Of a DNA stretch of 34,334 nt, positions 17,992 through 25,958 are shown one piece after another. The position numbers and the translations under genes were made by a program. The notes beneath the pieces are model-generated. The model was not told the origin of the DNA and ran no database searches. It saw nothing but the letters and a program-made list of their open reading frames with translations. Where the stretch lies: assembly GCA_029939675.1 (NCBI GenBank), contig JAOZSM010000005.1:1-34334 (forward strand), written 5' to 3'. This stretch comes from Fidelibacterota bacterium. GTDB taxonomy: Bacteria; Fidelibacterota; UBA8477; JABMPR01. Numbering within the stretch: position 1 is the stretch's first letter; each line of letters opens with the position of its first letter.

Positions 17992-18775
17992 ACTTTAGAT
18001 CAGACTTGGATATGAAATTAATTTTAGCGGCAATGGCATCCAGCATCAATACTTTTGAGAGCGGACTGCTTTTGATTGCCGCGTTGGGCATATCTTTGAA
18101 CATGGCCGTTCTGGGCTCTTGGATCATAGTGGTACCCCCATTAAGAACCATGGCCTTTAATCCCTCAGCACCATCACTTAGCATACCTGACATAATCACG
18201 GAAATTGCATTTTGCTTGAAGGCGATACCTGCATTAGCAAATACCCGATCAATTTCGGGATGGAATTTTGGTTTTTGCGGCTGGCGCAATATGGAAAATG
18301 ATTTTGTCATCGCTTTAAAATTATGTGATTTATCGCCTTCCAGGAAATAAAGCTTAGATGCGCGGATAGATTCTCCATCCTTGGCAATTTGGATCCTCTG
18401 GGATAAGCCATTCTTCATCTGAAACTTAGTCATGAATTGGAATCCCGGATTGTGATGCATAACGATAACGATGGGGATATGGGGTACAACAATATGTTTC
18501 ATTAAAGATCGCAGAGCTACATCCCCGCCTGCTGAACACCCCAGAAAGGCGATCTTGGTCCAGGCCAGGTGGATTCTTTTCACCTTTAAAAACTCTTCGA
18601 GACTGTGCAGGATCGGATCTGGAGCACCTGCCATCATTACATTTGCTCTGGGATGGGAACGTGCTTCCAGAACTGTATTGGCCAGTTCCATTTGCAATAT
18701 TCCCCCGGATACACCGGCAGAGGGACTGACCGAGATTCCAGCAAAGGCCGCTGCGATCGGATCCCGTATGATCAA
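17948..18775 (-). CDS. CheB-like methylesterase catalytic domain without a receiver domain
   Basis: 275 aa. It aligns by eye to the CheB C-terminal domain of this window with the triad retained: GCSAGG (Ser), VMHHNP (His) and SGMLSDG (Asp). HPEIDRVF and MFKDMPNAAI are also present. About 70 N-terminal residues have no recognisable motif. The track start is a TTG, so the exact start is uncertain. Confidence 0.72.
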   Translation of the reverse strand: MIIRDPIAAAFAGISVSPSAGVSGGILQMELANTVLEARSHPRANVMMAGAPDPILHSLEEFLKVKRIHLAWTKIAFLGCSAGGDVALRSLMKHIVVPHIPIVIVMHHNPGFQFMTKFQMKNGLSQRIQIAKDGESIRASKLYFLEGDKSHNFKAMTKSFSILRQPQKPKFHPEIDRVFANAGIAFKQNAISVIMSGMLSDGAEGLKAMVLNGGTTMIQEPRTAMFKDMPNAAIKSSPLSKVLMLDAIAAKINFISKSDLKYEKLGGFAFMPRRS

Positions 18776-18827
18776 TTTCTGGTCCTAAAATCATCGTGAT
18801 TTCTCATTTTCCTTCATGGATCACTTG

Positions 18828-19568
18828 TTAATTTAAAGTGACTGTTCCCTCATCAAATACATTCTCTAGATTTAATAATATCAATAATTTATTCACATTA
18901 TCACGAATTTGTGAATCACGAATCTTTACAACTCCACTGATATAATCCGTCCCAATATTTGTTTGAACACCTGTTGTAGATTCGATGTCGTTCTCATAAG
19001 CGTGCATGATTTCAGATACATAATCGACCAAAAACCCAATAGCTTGATTATTAATCTGTAAAACAATGATTCTTGTTTTATCGGTCCAAGTCACTTCTTT
19101 AAGGGCAAAACGCTTATGCAGATCGATTACAGGTGTAATGTTTCCGCGGAGATTCATCACGCCCAGGATAAATTCGGCAGCATTGGGCACCCGTGTAATT
19201 TCTGTAAATCTGACAACTTCCTGAACTTTAATGATGTCAACACCAAAAAGTCTGTCTGCCAGTGTAAAAACAACCAGATCTATCACCTTTTGGTCAGAAT
19301 CCTTTGATGCTCCCTCGATTCCTGGCTGTTCAGGACTCAGGGGTTTTTGATCGTTAGATGGGGTTGCTGTTTCTGATTCGACAACCTGCTCCTTTTTCAT
19401 CTTTCGGGTAGGTGACTCTGGCTCGTTCTCAGCTTTGTTTGGTTCTACTTTAGGCAGATCAACTAAATCATTCTGCTCTGTACTACTTTGAACATCCTGA
19501 TCCTGAACAACATTATTCTTCTCGTTCACATCCTTGTTCATTTTTCTAAGTTTTAGAATATCAACCAT
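18828..19568 (-). CDS. cheW: CheW-domain coupling protein with a ~100-aa low-complexity N-terminal extension
   Basis: 246 aa. The C-terminal 140 aa form a CheW domain (LVVFTLADRLFGVDIIKVQEVVRFTEITRVPNAAEFILGVMNLRGNITPVIDL). The N-terminal part is rich in E/K/Q/P/S and has no predicted fold. An AGGAAG SD lies upstream. Confidence 0.85.
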   Translation of the reverse strand: MVDILKLRKMNKDVNEKNNVVQDQDVQSSTEQNDLVDLPKVEPNKAENEPESPTRKMKKEQVVESETATPSNDQKPLSPEQPGIEGASKDSDQKVIDLVVFTLADRLFGVDIIKVQEVVRFTEITRVPNAAEFILGVMNLRGNITPVIDLHKRFALKEVTWTDKTRIIVLQINNQAIGFLVDYVSEIMHAYENDIESTTGVQTNIGTDYISGVVKIRDSQIRDNVNKLLILLNLENVFDEGTVTLN

Positions 19569-19582
19569 GGTTTCTTCCTGGG

Positions 19583-20404
19583 TTAATCGTTCAAATAAAA
19601 TATATCATTGACAGCATCATTGATTTGTTCGATGGCGACCTTTGTTACCCCAGCTGTCATGGCATGCAGTAAGCTGAATGAGGCAATATGATTAATCACA
19701 CGCGGCATGCCTTTGGACAACTCCCACAAACGCGTTACCGCTTCATCTGTAAATGGAAAACCAGCCATAAATCCAGCGACCTGTAATCTATGAAGCAGGT
19801 AATGGCGGGTTTCTTTTTTATCTAAGGGTTTAAGGGTAATTGAAAAGCGAATCCGTTCTACTAAAGCCCGGTATGCTCTATTTTTTAGTCGTTTGGCAAG
19901 CTCTGGTTGGCCCAGCATAATTACAGAGAGTAAATTTTGAGTATCAGTCTGGAAGTTGGTCAATAATCTGATCTCATCAAAGATTGCCTTTTTGGGGATG
20001 GATTGGGCCTCATCAATAATAACAACCGGATGGATTCCCTGTTGATATAGATCAACTAACCCAGTTGTTATCTGTTTTAAAACATCCCGTTTAAAATACT
20101 TAGGTTCAACGTTTAGAAGAGAGCTGCATATTTCTTTAAGAAAAGCTGTTGGTGACATTTGCGGGTTAATAATCCAACAGATCTTGTGCTGTTCCAGATC
20201 AAGTGAGTCTACCAATAATCTTGAAATGACCGTCTTTCCTGAGCCTATCTCACCGATTACCAGACCAAGTTCATGCTGTTCAATAGCATATTTAACCCAC
20301 TCCAGGGTAGTTGCATGAATCTGACTGGCGTAGAAAAATTCAGGATCAGGCGTTAAACCAAAGGGATCGCGGTTAAGTCCAAAATGTTCAATATACAAAC
20401 TCAT
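19583..20404 (-). CDS. ExeA/GspA/MshM-like AAA ATPase (COG3267-type)
   Basis: 273 aa. The N-terminus is HFGLNRDPFGLTPDPEFFY, typical of ExeA-like proteins. Walker A is GEIGSGKT and Walker B is VVIIDEAQ. It is the first gene of the che operon. Confidence 0.7.
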   Translation of the reverse strand: MSLYIEHFGLNRDPFGLTPDPEFFYASQIHATTLEWVKYAIEQHELGLVIGEIGSGKTVISRLLVDSLDLEQHKICWIINPQMSPTAFLKEICSSLLNVEPKYFKRDVLKQITTGLVDLYQQGIHPVVIIDEAQSIPKKAIFDEIRLLTNFQTDTQNLLSVIMLGQPELAKRLKNRAYRALVERIRFSITLKPLDKKETRHYLLHRLQVAGFMAGFPFTDEAVTRLWELSKGMPRVINHIASFSLLHAMTAGVTKVAIEQINDAVNDIFYLND

Positions 20405-20554
20405 AGGTTATTCGTCCCGAATGGAGCCCGGTGCTCCGGTTGACTTAGTGCTGAATGTTGTTTCTTTGAGAGCCACACTCTGGTGGTTTGGATACGGTTT
20501 TCCGCACTTCCAACTTTCCTCCTATTGGAGCCGCTTCATGCGACTCACTCATTT

Positions 20555-20571
20555 TGGCACAAATCATGCCA
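20555..20571 (-). promoter_or_regulatory. Near-palindromic sigma-54-type -24/-12 element in the divergent intergenic region
   Basis: The minus strand reads TGGCAT-GATTT-GTGC, with the correct GG-N10-GC spacing, about 150 nt upstream of the ExeA-like ATG. The same bases on the plus strand read TGGCAC-AAATC-ATGC, about 330 nt upstream of the hybrid kinase. The sequence alone does not resolve the orientation. Confidence 0.45.
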
Positions 20572-20901
20572 CCGCTACTGCTCTTATTCCAGATCGGAAT
20601 ATTGATACTTTACTATCTGTTTAATATGATTTTAGAGAATTAATAATATTAACTACAAAAAGACTTGTATTGGCTAATCGGAAATATTTACCATGTAGCA
20701 ATGGAACTATTTTCCTGGTTATCTGAGCAAACTAATGGGTCTCATGATTCCCGGTGTACCAAACCATTCCGCACATTACTTCCTGGTAAAGCAAGTGTCT
20801 GCGCTTTAATTCCATGGTTTCACAATGATTAATTTTTACTTTCTGACCATAAGTATCGTTAAGCACTTAGGTTACAAAATTCACAATGAAAGAGCATATA
20901 T

Positions 20902-22782
20902 ATGGGTTCGACAACATCAACGTTTAAATCTTTTTTCTATGATCACCCTGATGGTGTTATTCTTCGAGATAGAGAGGGAACCATCCTTGAAATCAATAAC
21001 GCTGCCTTGGATATTCTGGGATACTCCCGGGACGAACTTGTGGGAAAGAAAGAAGTTGAAATTATTGATTTCACCCGGATTGAGCCTGCCATTCTGAATA
21101 TGATGATTAGGAGTGTCTTTAACGGTGAGCATTATACTGCAGATCTATTTGCAAAAAAGAGCGACGGCACCAGTATTCCCATTCAGCTGCTTGTGAACCG
21201 GATTCAATATCAGGGTGAAGATGTTTTGGCCTACACCATAGAAGATATTACCATGCGTTTTGAAGTTGATATTGCCATGCGAGAGAGTGAAGAACGTTAT
21301 CGTAGTCTGGTAGACCTTTCCCCCTTTGCTATCTTTATTGTATCTGGCGAAAAGATCGCCTATCTGAATCCCGCTGCAGTCGCGTTGCTCCGCGGTGATA
21401 ATCAATACGACATCATCGGTCAGCCCATGACCTCCTTCGTAACTCCTGCCGAGCATAGTGGACTAATCCGCTGTCTTGAGGAACGAGAGTTAGAGGGTAA
21501 GCGAGAATTGACTCATACACAGTTTCTGGATGTAAGACATAATGTGGTTGAAGTTGAGGCAATTTGTCTACCCATTGTATTCAAGGGGGTTCCATCCACT
21601 CAGATCATCGGTTTAGACATCACTGAGCGTCGTTTACTTGAAGAAGAGCTGCGTCAATCCCAAAAGCTGGAAGCAATTGGTTTACTGGCTGGTGGTATTG
21701 CCCACGATTTTAATAATATTCTTACCGGAATTATTGGATATGCAGGTCTGGGACTTGGAGTACTTGAGGCCAAGCATCCTGCTTTCAGATTTTTTCAACA
21801 AATTGAAATTAAATCCCAGGAAGCAGCCAAACTGGTTCATCAGCTTTTGGCGTTCAGTCGCAAAGATATTCTATCATTCACCAGTTTAGATTTGAATGAC
21901 ATCATTAGAAGCTCCAGTGACTTTTTGGGAAGAATATTACCAGAGGATATTGACTATACTACCTCTCCCTGTGACACTGATTGTACAATCAATGCTGATC
22001 CAGTTGCCTTACAGCAGATCTTGACCAACCTCTGCGTTAATGCCCGTGACGCCATGCCAGGTGGTGGGAGTATCTTTATCACTACGGAAATCATTTATCT
22101 GGAAGAAAATACAATTAATCCCTCCTTTGAGTTCAGTCCCGGCAATTTTGTCAAACTTATGGTAAAGGACATGGGTACTGGAATGGATAATGAAATCCTG
22201 GAACAGATGTATGACCCCTTCTTCACCACCAAGGGAATAGGCGAAGGCAGTGGGCTTGGACTATCCATGGTTTATGGTCTTGTAAAACAACACAAGGGTA
22301 TGATCCATTGCAAAAGCCGGATTGGTGAAGGGACAGTTTTTGAAGTCTATTTCCCACTCAGGGAGGAACGCTCACCCATTTCGAGTGTCATCAGGGAAGA
22401 AAAGGATATTATCCATGGACGTGAAACTATCCTGCTGGTTGAAGATGATATTGATGTACTGACCATTTTGCAGAGTATTCTTGAATCAGCCGGATACACT
22501 GTAAAAATGGCTAAAAATGGGAAAGTAGCCCTGGATATTATTCTGGGTACCAGCTATTCAATTGATCTGGTAATTACAGATCTAATCATGCCTGAGATGA
22601 GCGGAACTGAATTATATAAAAAAGTGGAACACTTGCCAAAGCGACCGGAATTCCTTTTCATCAGCGGATATGCCCGTGATTCTGAAATGCGAGGATTAAA
22701 ACTTAGTCCAACGGTTGAATTTATGAAAAAACCTTTCACAGCCACGGAACTAAATCGCCGGGTCAGAAAGGTATTAGATTAA
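20902..22782 (+). CDS. Hybrid sensor histidine kinase (PAS-PAS-HisKA-HATPase_c-REC)
   Basis: 626 aa with two PAS-like modules (GVILRDREGTILEINNAAL; SPFAIFIVSGEKIAYLNPAAV). The H-box is GGIAHDFNNILTGIIGYA. The N/G boxes are NLCVNARDAMP, DMGTGMD and GSGLGLS. The C-terminal receiver has ILLVEDDIDV, LVITDLIMPEMSG and MKKPF. Confidence 0.9.
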   Translation: MGSTTSTFKSFFYDHPDGVILRDREGTILEINNAALDILGYSRDELVGKKEVEIIDFTRIEPAILNMMIRSVFNGEHYTADLFAKKSDGTSIPIQLLVNRIQYQGEDVLAYTIEDITMRFEVDIAMRESEERYRSLVDLSPFAIFIVSGEKIAYLNPAAVALLRGDNQYDIIGQPMTSFVTPAEHSGLIRCLEERELEGKRELTHTQFLDVRHNVVEVEAICLPIVFKGVPSTQIIGLDITERRLLEEELRQSQKLEAIGLLAGGIAHDFNNILTGIIGYAGLGLGVLEAKHPAFRFFQQIEIKSQEAAKLVHQLLAFSRKDILSFTSLDLNDIIRSSSDFLGRILPEDIDYTTSPCDTDCTINADPVALQQILTNLCVNARDAMPGGGSIFITTEIIYLEENTINPSFEFSPGNFVKLMVKDMGTGMDNEILEQMYDPFFTTKGIGEGSGLGLSMVYGLVKQHKGMIHCKSRIGEGTVFEVYFPLREERSPISSVIREEKDIIHGRETILLVEDDIDVLTILQSILESAGYTVKMAKNGKVALDIILGTSYSIDLVITDLIMPEMSGTELYKKVEHLPKRPEFLFISGYARDSEMRGLKLSPTVEFMKKPFTATELNRRVRKVLD

Positions 22783-22823
22783 AGTAGACGGTAGTGAATG
22801 ATGGTTCTAGAAAGCTTATTCCT

Positions 22824-23306
22824 TTATAGATCTTTTATAATCCGGTCAGCGATCACATCAAGTACATCCATTGAATCATACTGACTTGTTTGAATCTTTT
22901 CCAGGACCTCCTGCATTCGTGTAGGCGTAAGTTTGGCGTGAGTTTGGTCTGGTTTGCCAACACTGGAAGTTTCAGAAACCTTGCCCGCTACGGTAGAAAC
23001 CACCTCAGGTGAAGAATAGAAGCCACCATCTATTTTTGCTTCAATTTCTTGCCGCTCGTCAGGACCAAGCGTTTCGATCTGGGGCATTTCCGCAGTAAAA
23101 CGTCGAACTTCAGCATCTCGCTGAAGCATGGTTCTAGCAGAATCGGATAATTTGAATTGATCTTGGGATTTATCTTGTGCTTTGTCGACTTTTGTGGGGC
23201 CTCGTGCTCCAACATCAGCAGAGCGTTTTACCTGCGTCTGCTTCTCATTCCGTTCCGTTCGTCTAAATTCCGGAGGAAGATTTCCAATATTTTTTATCGG
23301 GACCAT
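22824..23306 (-). CDS. flgM: FlgM-like anti-sigma-28 factor with a duplicated C-terminal helix motif
   Basis: 160 aa, largely polar and probably disordered. The FlgM-like segments are DQFKLSDSARTMLQ and RQEIEAKIDGGFYSSPEVVSTVAGKV. A second similar segment follows (RMQEVLEKIQTSQYDSMDVLDVIADRIIKDL). It is the last gene of the fliS operon. Confidence 0.5.
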   Translation of the reverse strand: MVPIKNIGNLPPEFRRTERNEKQTQVKRSADVGARGPTKVDKAQDKSQDQFKLSDSARTMLQRDAEVRRFTAEMPQIETLGPDERQEIEAKIDGGFYSSPEVVSTVAGKVSETSSVGKPDQTHAKLTPTRMQEVLEKIQTSQYDSMDVLDVIADRIIKDL

Positions 23307-23317
23307 GATCCTCTCCT

Positions 23318-23746
23318 CTAGATACTCCGAGTATCTAAGATAGTAGGTTGTTGTACATTCTTCATCACATTCGTCGCCTCGCCCCTATTATCGGCGATTT
23401 TCCCCATTTCTTTAATTGCATTCATTTTTCTCACCTGCAGAATATCTAATAGCTTGGCATCTGTGACAACAAGTGATTTTGCTATGGCAGATATTTGCTT
23501 TGCAAGCCTTGAATTCTTTAGTTCCAGATCACTCATATCCAGCTTTGATCTTTTTGATTCAAGGTGTTTCAGGCGCTCAATCCAATGGTCGCGGATATCC
23601 AAAAGGTCAAGGATCGATTTCAAAGATATGGTATCTGAATCATCCAGGATCTCCTGAGTTTTGGCCATGATCCCATGAAAACACTCCAATTCCTGTTCCA
23701 GAAGCAACTGGGCTGAGTGGTGTAATTGAATACCAGGGGCAATCAT
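23318..23746 (-). CDS. Hypothetical helical protein, possibly a FlgN/FliT-type flagellar export chaperone
   Basis: 142 aa, all-helical and Leu/Glu rich. Its ATG overlaps the flaG stop (TAATG). The position next to the flgM-like gene suggests FlgN, but I see no diagnostic motif. Confidence 0.35.
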   Translation of the reverse strand: MIAPGIQLHHSAQLLLEQELECFHGIMAKTQEILDDSDTISLKSILDLLDIRDHWIERLKHLESKRSKLDMSDLELKNSRLAKQISAIAKSLVVTDAKLLDILQVRKMNAIKEMGKIADNRGEATNVMKNVQQPTILDTRSI

Positions 23747-24114
23747 TAGATACTCCCCTCAAAGATCAATCCAGAGACTTCTCTTAACTTGGACATAAGA
23801 TGTAACATCTCTTCCCGTGGAATCTGTCTGATTTCTTCTCCTGATTCATCATCCATTACCTTGATAACAGGGGATGAACTACGATTATCATATGAGAATG
23901 ATACTTTTGTACCTATGCTTTGAACCACTTCAGTTACCCTTTGAACAAGGGCACTAAAATCTATGGAATCAACATCAATAGCGGCAATTGCTTGTTCAGT
24001 CTCTGACATTTTTCCCGGTTCAGTAACTTCTTTGATGGAAATAGCTTTTGATACGGGTTCAACCATTGGGATTGAAACCGAATTTTTAGTAAGTTCTACG
24101 ACTACAGCTTCCAT
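23746..24114 (-). CDS. flaG: FlaG-family flagellar protein
   Basis: 122 aa with the characteristic FlaG C-terminal block (VSFSYDNRSSSPVIKVMDDESGEEIRQIPREEMLHLMSKLREVSGLIFE). Confidence 0.8.
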   Translation of the reverse strand: MEAVVVELTKNSVSIPMVEPVSKAISIKEVTEPGKMSETEQAIAAIDVDSIDFSALVQRVTEVVQSIGTKVSFSYDNRSSSPVIKVMDDESGEEIRQIPREEMLHLMSKLREVSGLIFEGSI

Positions 24115-24126
24115 GATTCTCCTCCT

Positions 24127-25602
24127 TTACCTTATAAAGGAACTTAGAAAACTTTGTTGACTTTGTAAATTGTACATCATCTCTTGTAGACTCGTAAACT
24201 CTTGTGTTAGTTGTGACTCTCGACGATACAGGATATCATCCATCAGGCTAATTCGATCTGTCAAACTGGTAAGTTGATCCTCAATATTGTTCTTACTGCT
24301 ATCAATGGAACCACCCGTTTTGACGTAATTCTCCAGATAACCATCCAACTTGGTAGCCATACCATCAGATGCGTTGAACAGTTCAGACACATAACTCGAA
24401 TTCGTTTCGATAGCTGTTTGGAACTTGTCTGCATCTGCAATTGAAAGCTTCCCATCCGAATCAGCTTCTATGCCAATATTAAAGAGACGGGAATAGTCTG
24501 AATTGCTGACACCACTAACCATGCTCATCGAATAATTTCGAAGATCATAGACAATGCCGCGATAGGTTACGTCATCAGCAAGTGCACCACGCTGATAGGT
24601 GTTGGGATCAATCTGGGTCTTCTCACTGAGGTAGGTAAGGGCTTCATTATAAGCATCCAGGAAGCCATTAACTTCTGACTTGACTCCCTCTACATCTGCG
24701 ACGACAGTAACAGTTTGAGAAGCTTCGGTAGTATCCAACAGCTTGAGGGTTACTCCAGTAAGGGCATCAGTTACATTATTGCTGTCACGGTAGAAATCCA
24801 GTCCATCAATATTCATCTTTGAATTCAGCATGCTGGTAGTGGCGCTGGTACCAACTTCAGTTATGTACCCGCCGGCCGTCCCTGAAGATTGGACTGCGTT
24901 TGTTACACCCAGAGTTGATAGAAGATTGTCTGTTGAATCAGTGAAATCCATACGATAAGTGTAACCAGATGAGTCACTTCGCAATACGAGACGTGATTTA
25001 CCTGATTCTTCAGTCACTACCGATGCTCTAACCTGTTCCTCAGACCCGATAGTCTCAGCAGTTACAGCTGTATACATCGCACTATTAATGGCATCAGCAA
25101 TTTGGATCAATGCATCATTATTATCCAAAGCCAAATCTTCAGCCGATACGGTGATGGATAGATTCCTGCGATTAGCGGGATCTTCATCAGTAGGACTACC
25201 CACTTCAATCATAAAGGTTTGATCTGTGAGAAAACCACTAAAACTGGTATCTGTATCTGTGTACTGTTGTGAAACCCGGGTATCAGAGATGGCCAGTCGA
25301 TCAATGGTTATCGTATGATTTCCCAACCCTGCTGTAGCCCCGGCAGAGGCAGTAATAACATCACTATCGCTTACAGAAGCTGAACGTGAGGCAAAGTGGT
25401 CAGTAACTGGATCAGACAAGCGCTCAGCCTTTGATTGGAGGGCTGAGAGTTTGCTATCCAGATCCGAAAGGATGCTTTTTCGCTCATACAGATCATCTTG
25501 TCGATCGAGGAGATCATTTTTCGGTCCTGCTTCGTAGATCATGTATTGATCTACCAAGTATTGGATCGAATTTTGAGAACCTAATAGTGAGTTTACATCC
25601 AT
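24127..25602 (-). CDS. fliD: Flagellar filament cap protein FliD (hook-associated protein 2)
   Basis: 491 aa. The N-terminus is FliD-like (QYLVDQYMIYEAGPKNDLLDRQDDLYERKSILSDLDSKLSAL). The Thr/Ser/Asp-rich middle and the C-terminus (ISLMDDILYRRESQLTQEFTSLQEMMYNLQSQQSFLSSF) also fit. Confidence 0.88.
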   Translation of the reverse strand: MDVNSLLGSQNSIQYLVDQYMIYEAGPKNDLLDRQDDLYERKSILSDLDSKLSALQSKAERLSDPVTDHFASRSASVSDSDVITASAGATAGLGNHTITIDRLAISDTRVSQQYTDTDTSFSGFLTDQTFMIEVGSPTDEDPANRRNLSITVSAEDLALDNNDALIQIADAINSAMYTAVTAETIGSEEQVRASVVTEESGKSRLVLRSDSSGYTYRMDFTDSTDNLLSTLGVTNAVQSSGTAGGYITEVGTSATTSMLNSKMNIDGLDFYRDSNNVTDALTGVTLKLLDTTEASQTVTVVADVEGVKSEVNGFLDAYNEALTYLSEKTQIDPNTYQRGALADDVTYRGIVYDLRNYSMSMVSGVSNSDYSRLFNIGIEADSDGKLSIADADKFQTAIETNSSYVSELFNASDGMATKLDGYLENYVKTGGSIDSSKNNIEDQLTSLTDRISLMDDILYRRESQLTQEFTSLQEMMYNLQSQQSFLSSFIR

Positions 25603-25610
25603 TATCGCAC

Positions 25611-25937
25611 CTATCTGATGTTCATAGCCTCAGACCAGGTCTTACGCAGATCGATTAAAATCTCTTTAGCTGTATCATAATCGCGTTTGTATAAATGATC
25701 TAAAATACCGCTATAGACCTGGTAAAATGTTGACGATATGTCTCCAGCATCAAAGTTCAAGGCATTAATTAGCTGTTGAACTGCCTCCAAAGCTCTGGTA
25801 TGATCTTCCTGAATACAAGCCCTGATAGCAGCCTCATAGATGTATGAGATCAGCTCTTCAGGACTGGCAGTCATGATCTTTTGAACCAGATATGGATTAG
25901 GTTGTGATCCAGGGGTCATATTTTGGTTTGCCAACAT
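25611..25937 (-). CDS. fliS: Flagellin-specific export chaperone FliS
   Basis: 108 aa with the FliS pattern Y....IMTASPEELISYIYEAAIRA...A...Q.LINALNFDAGDIS..FYQVY..I...L.....D......I.DLRKTW. Confidence 0.85.
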   Translation of the reverse strand: MLANQNMTPGSQPNPYLVQKIMTASPEELISYIYEAAIRACIQEDHTRALEAVQQLINALNFDAGDISSTFYQVYSGILDHLYKRDYDTAKEILIDLRKTWSEAMNIR

Positions 25938-25958
25938 TTCATTATCTCCGGTGAATTG

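Noticed and set aside
9-18799. Numerous 60-150-aa ORFs antisense to, or out of frame with, the large flagellar/che genes (e.g. 9..449, 578..808, 5814..6059, 11108..11446, 12076..12420, 17904..18350, 18426..18794, 18471..18788)
   Set aside because: All lie entirely inside longer ORFs that carry strong family motifs. Their translations are low-complexity (Ser/Ile/Leu/Pro-rich) with no recognisable domains. They are treated as shadow ORFs.
20421-20624. 67-aa plus-strand ORF, and a 22-35-aa minus-strand mini-ORF (ATG 20552, or a TTG/GTG after AGGAGG), in the che-operon leader
   Set aside because: The 67-aa ORF has no SD or recognisable motif and overlaps the putative sigma-54 element. The minus-strand mini-ORF could be a leader peptide, but sequence alone gives no support. 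No feature was called.
20825-21097. 90-aa plus-strand ORF overlapping the start of the hybrid kinase gene in another frame
   Set aside because: It is out of frame with a well-supported 626-aa kinase ORF and has no motifs. It is a typical shadow ORF.
23318-23746. 142-aa ORF, considered as the missing FliW
   Set aside because: The sequence is Leu/Glu-rich and predicted to be all-helical, whereas FliW is a beta-rich protein with a different conserved N-terminal pattern. Its size alone is not evidence.
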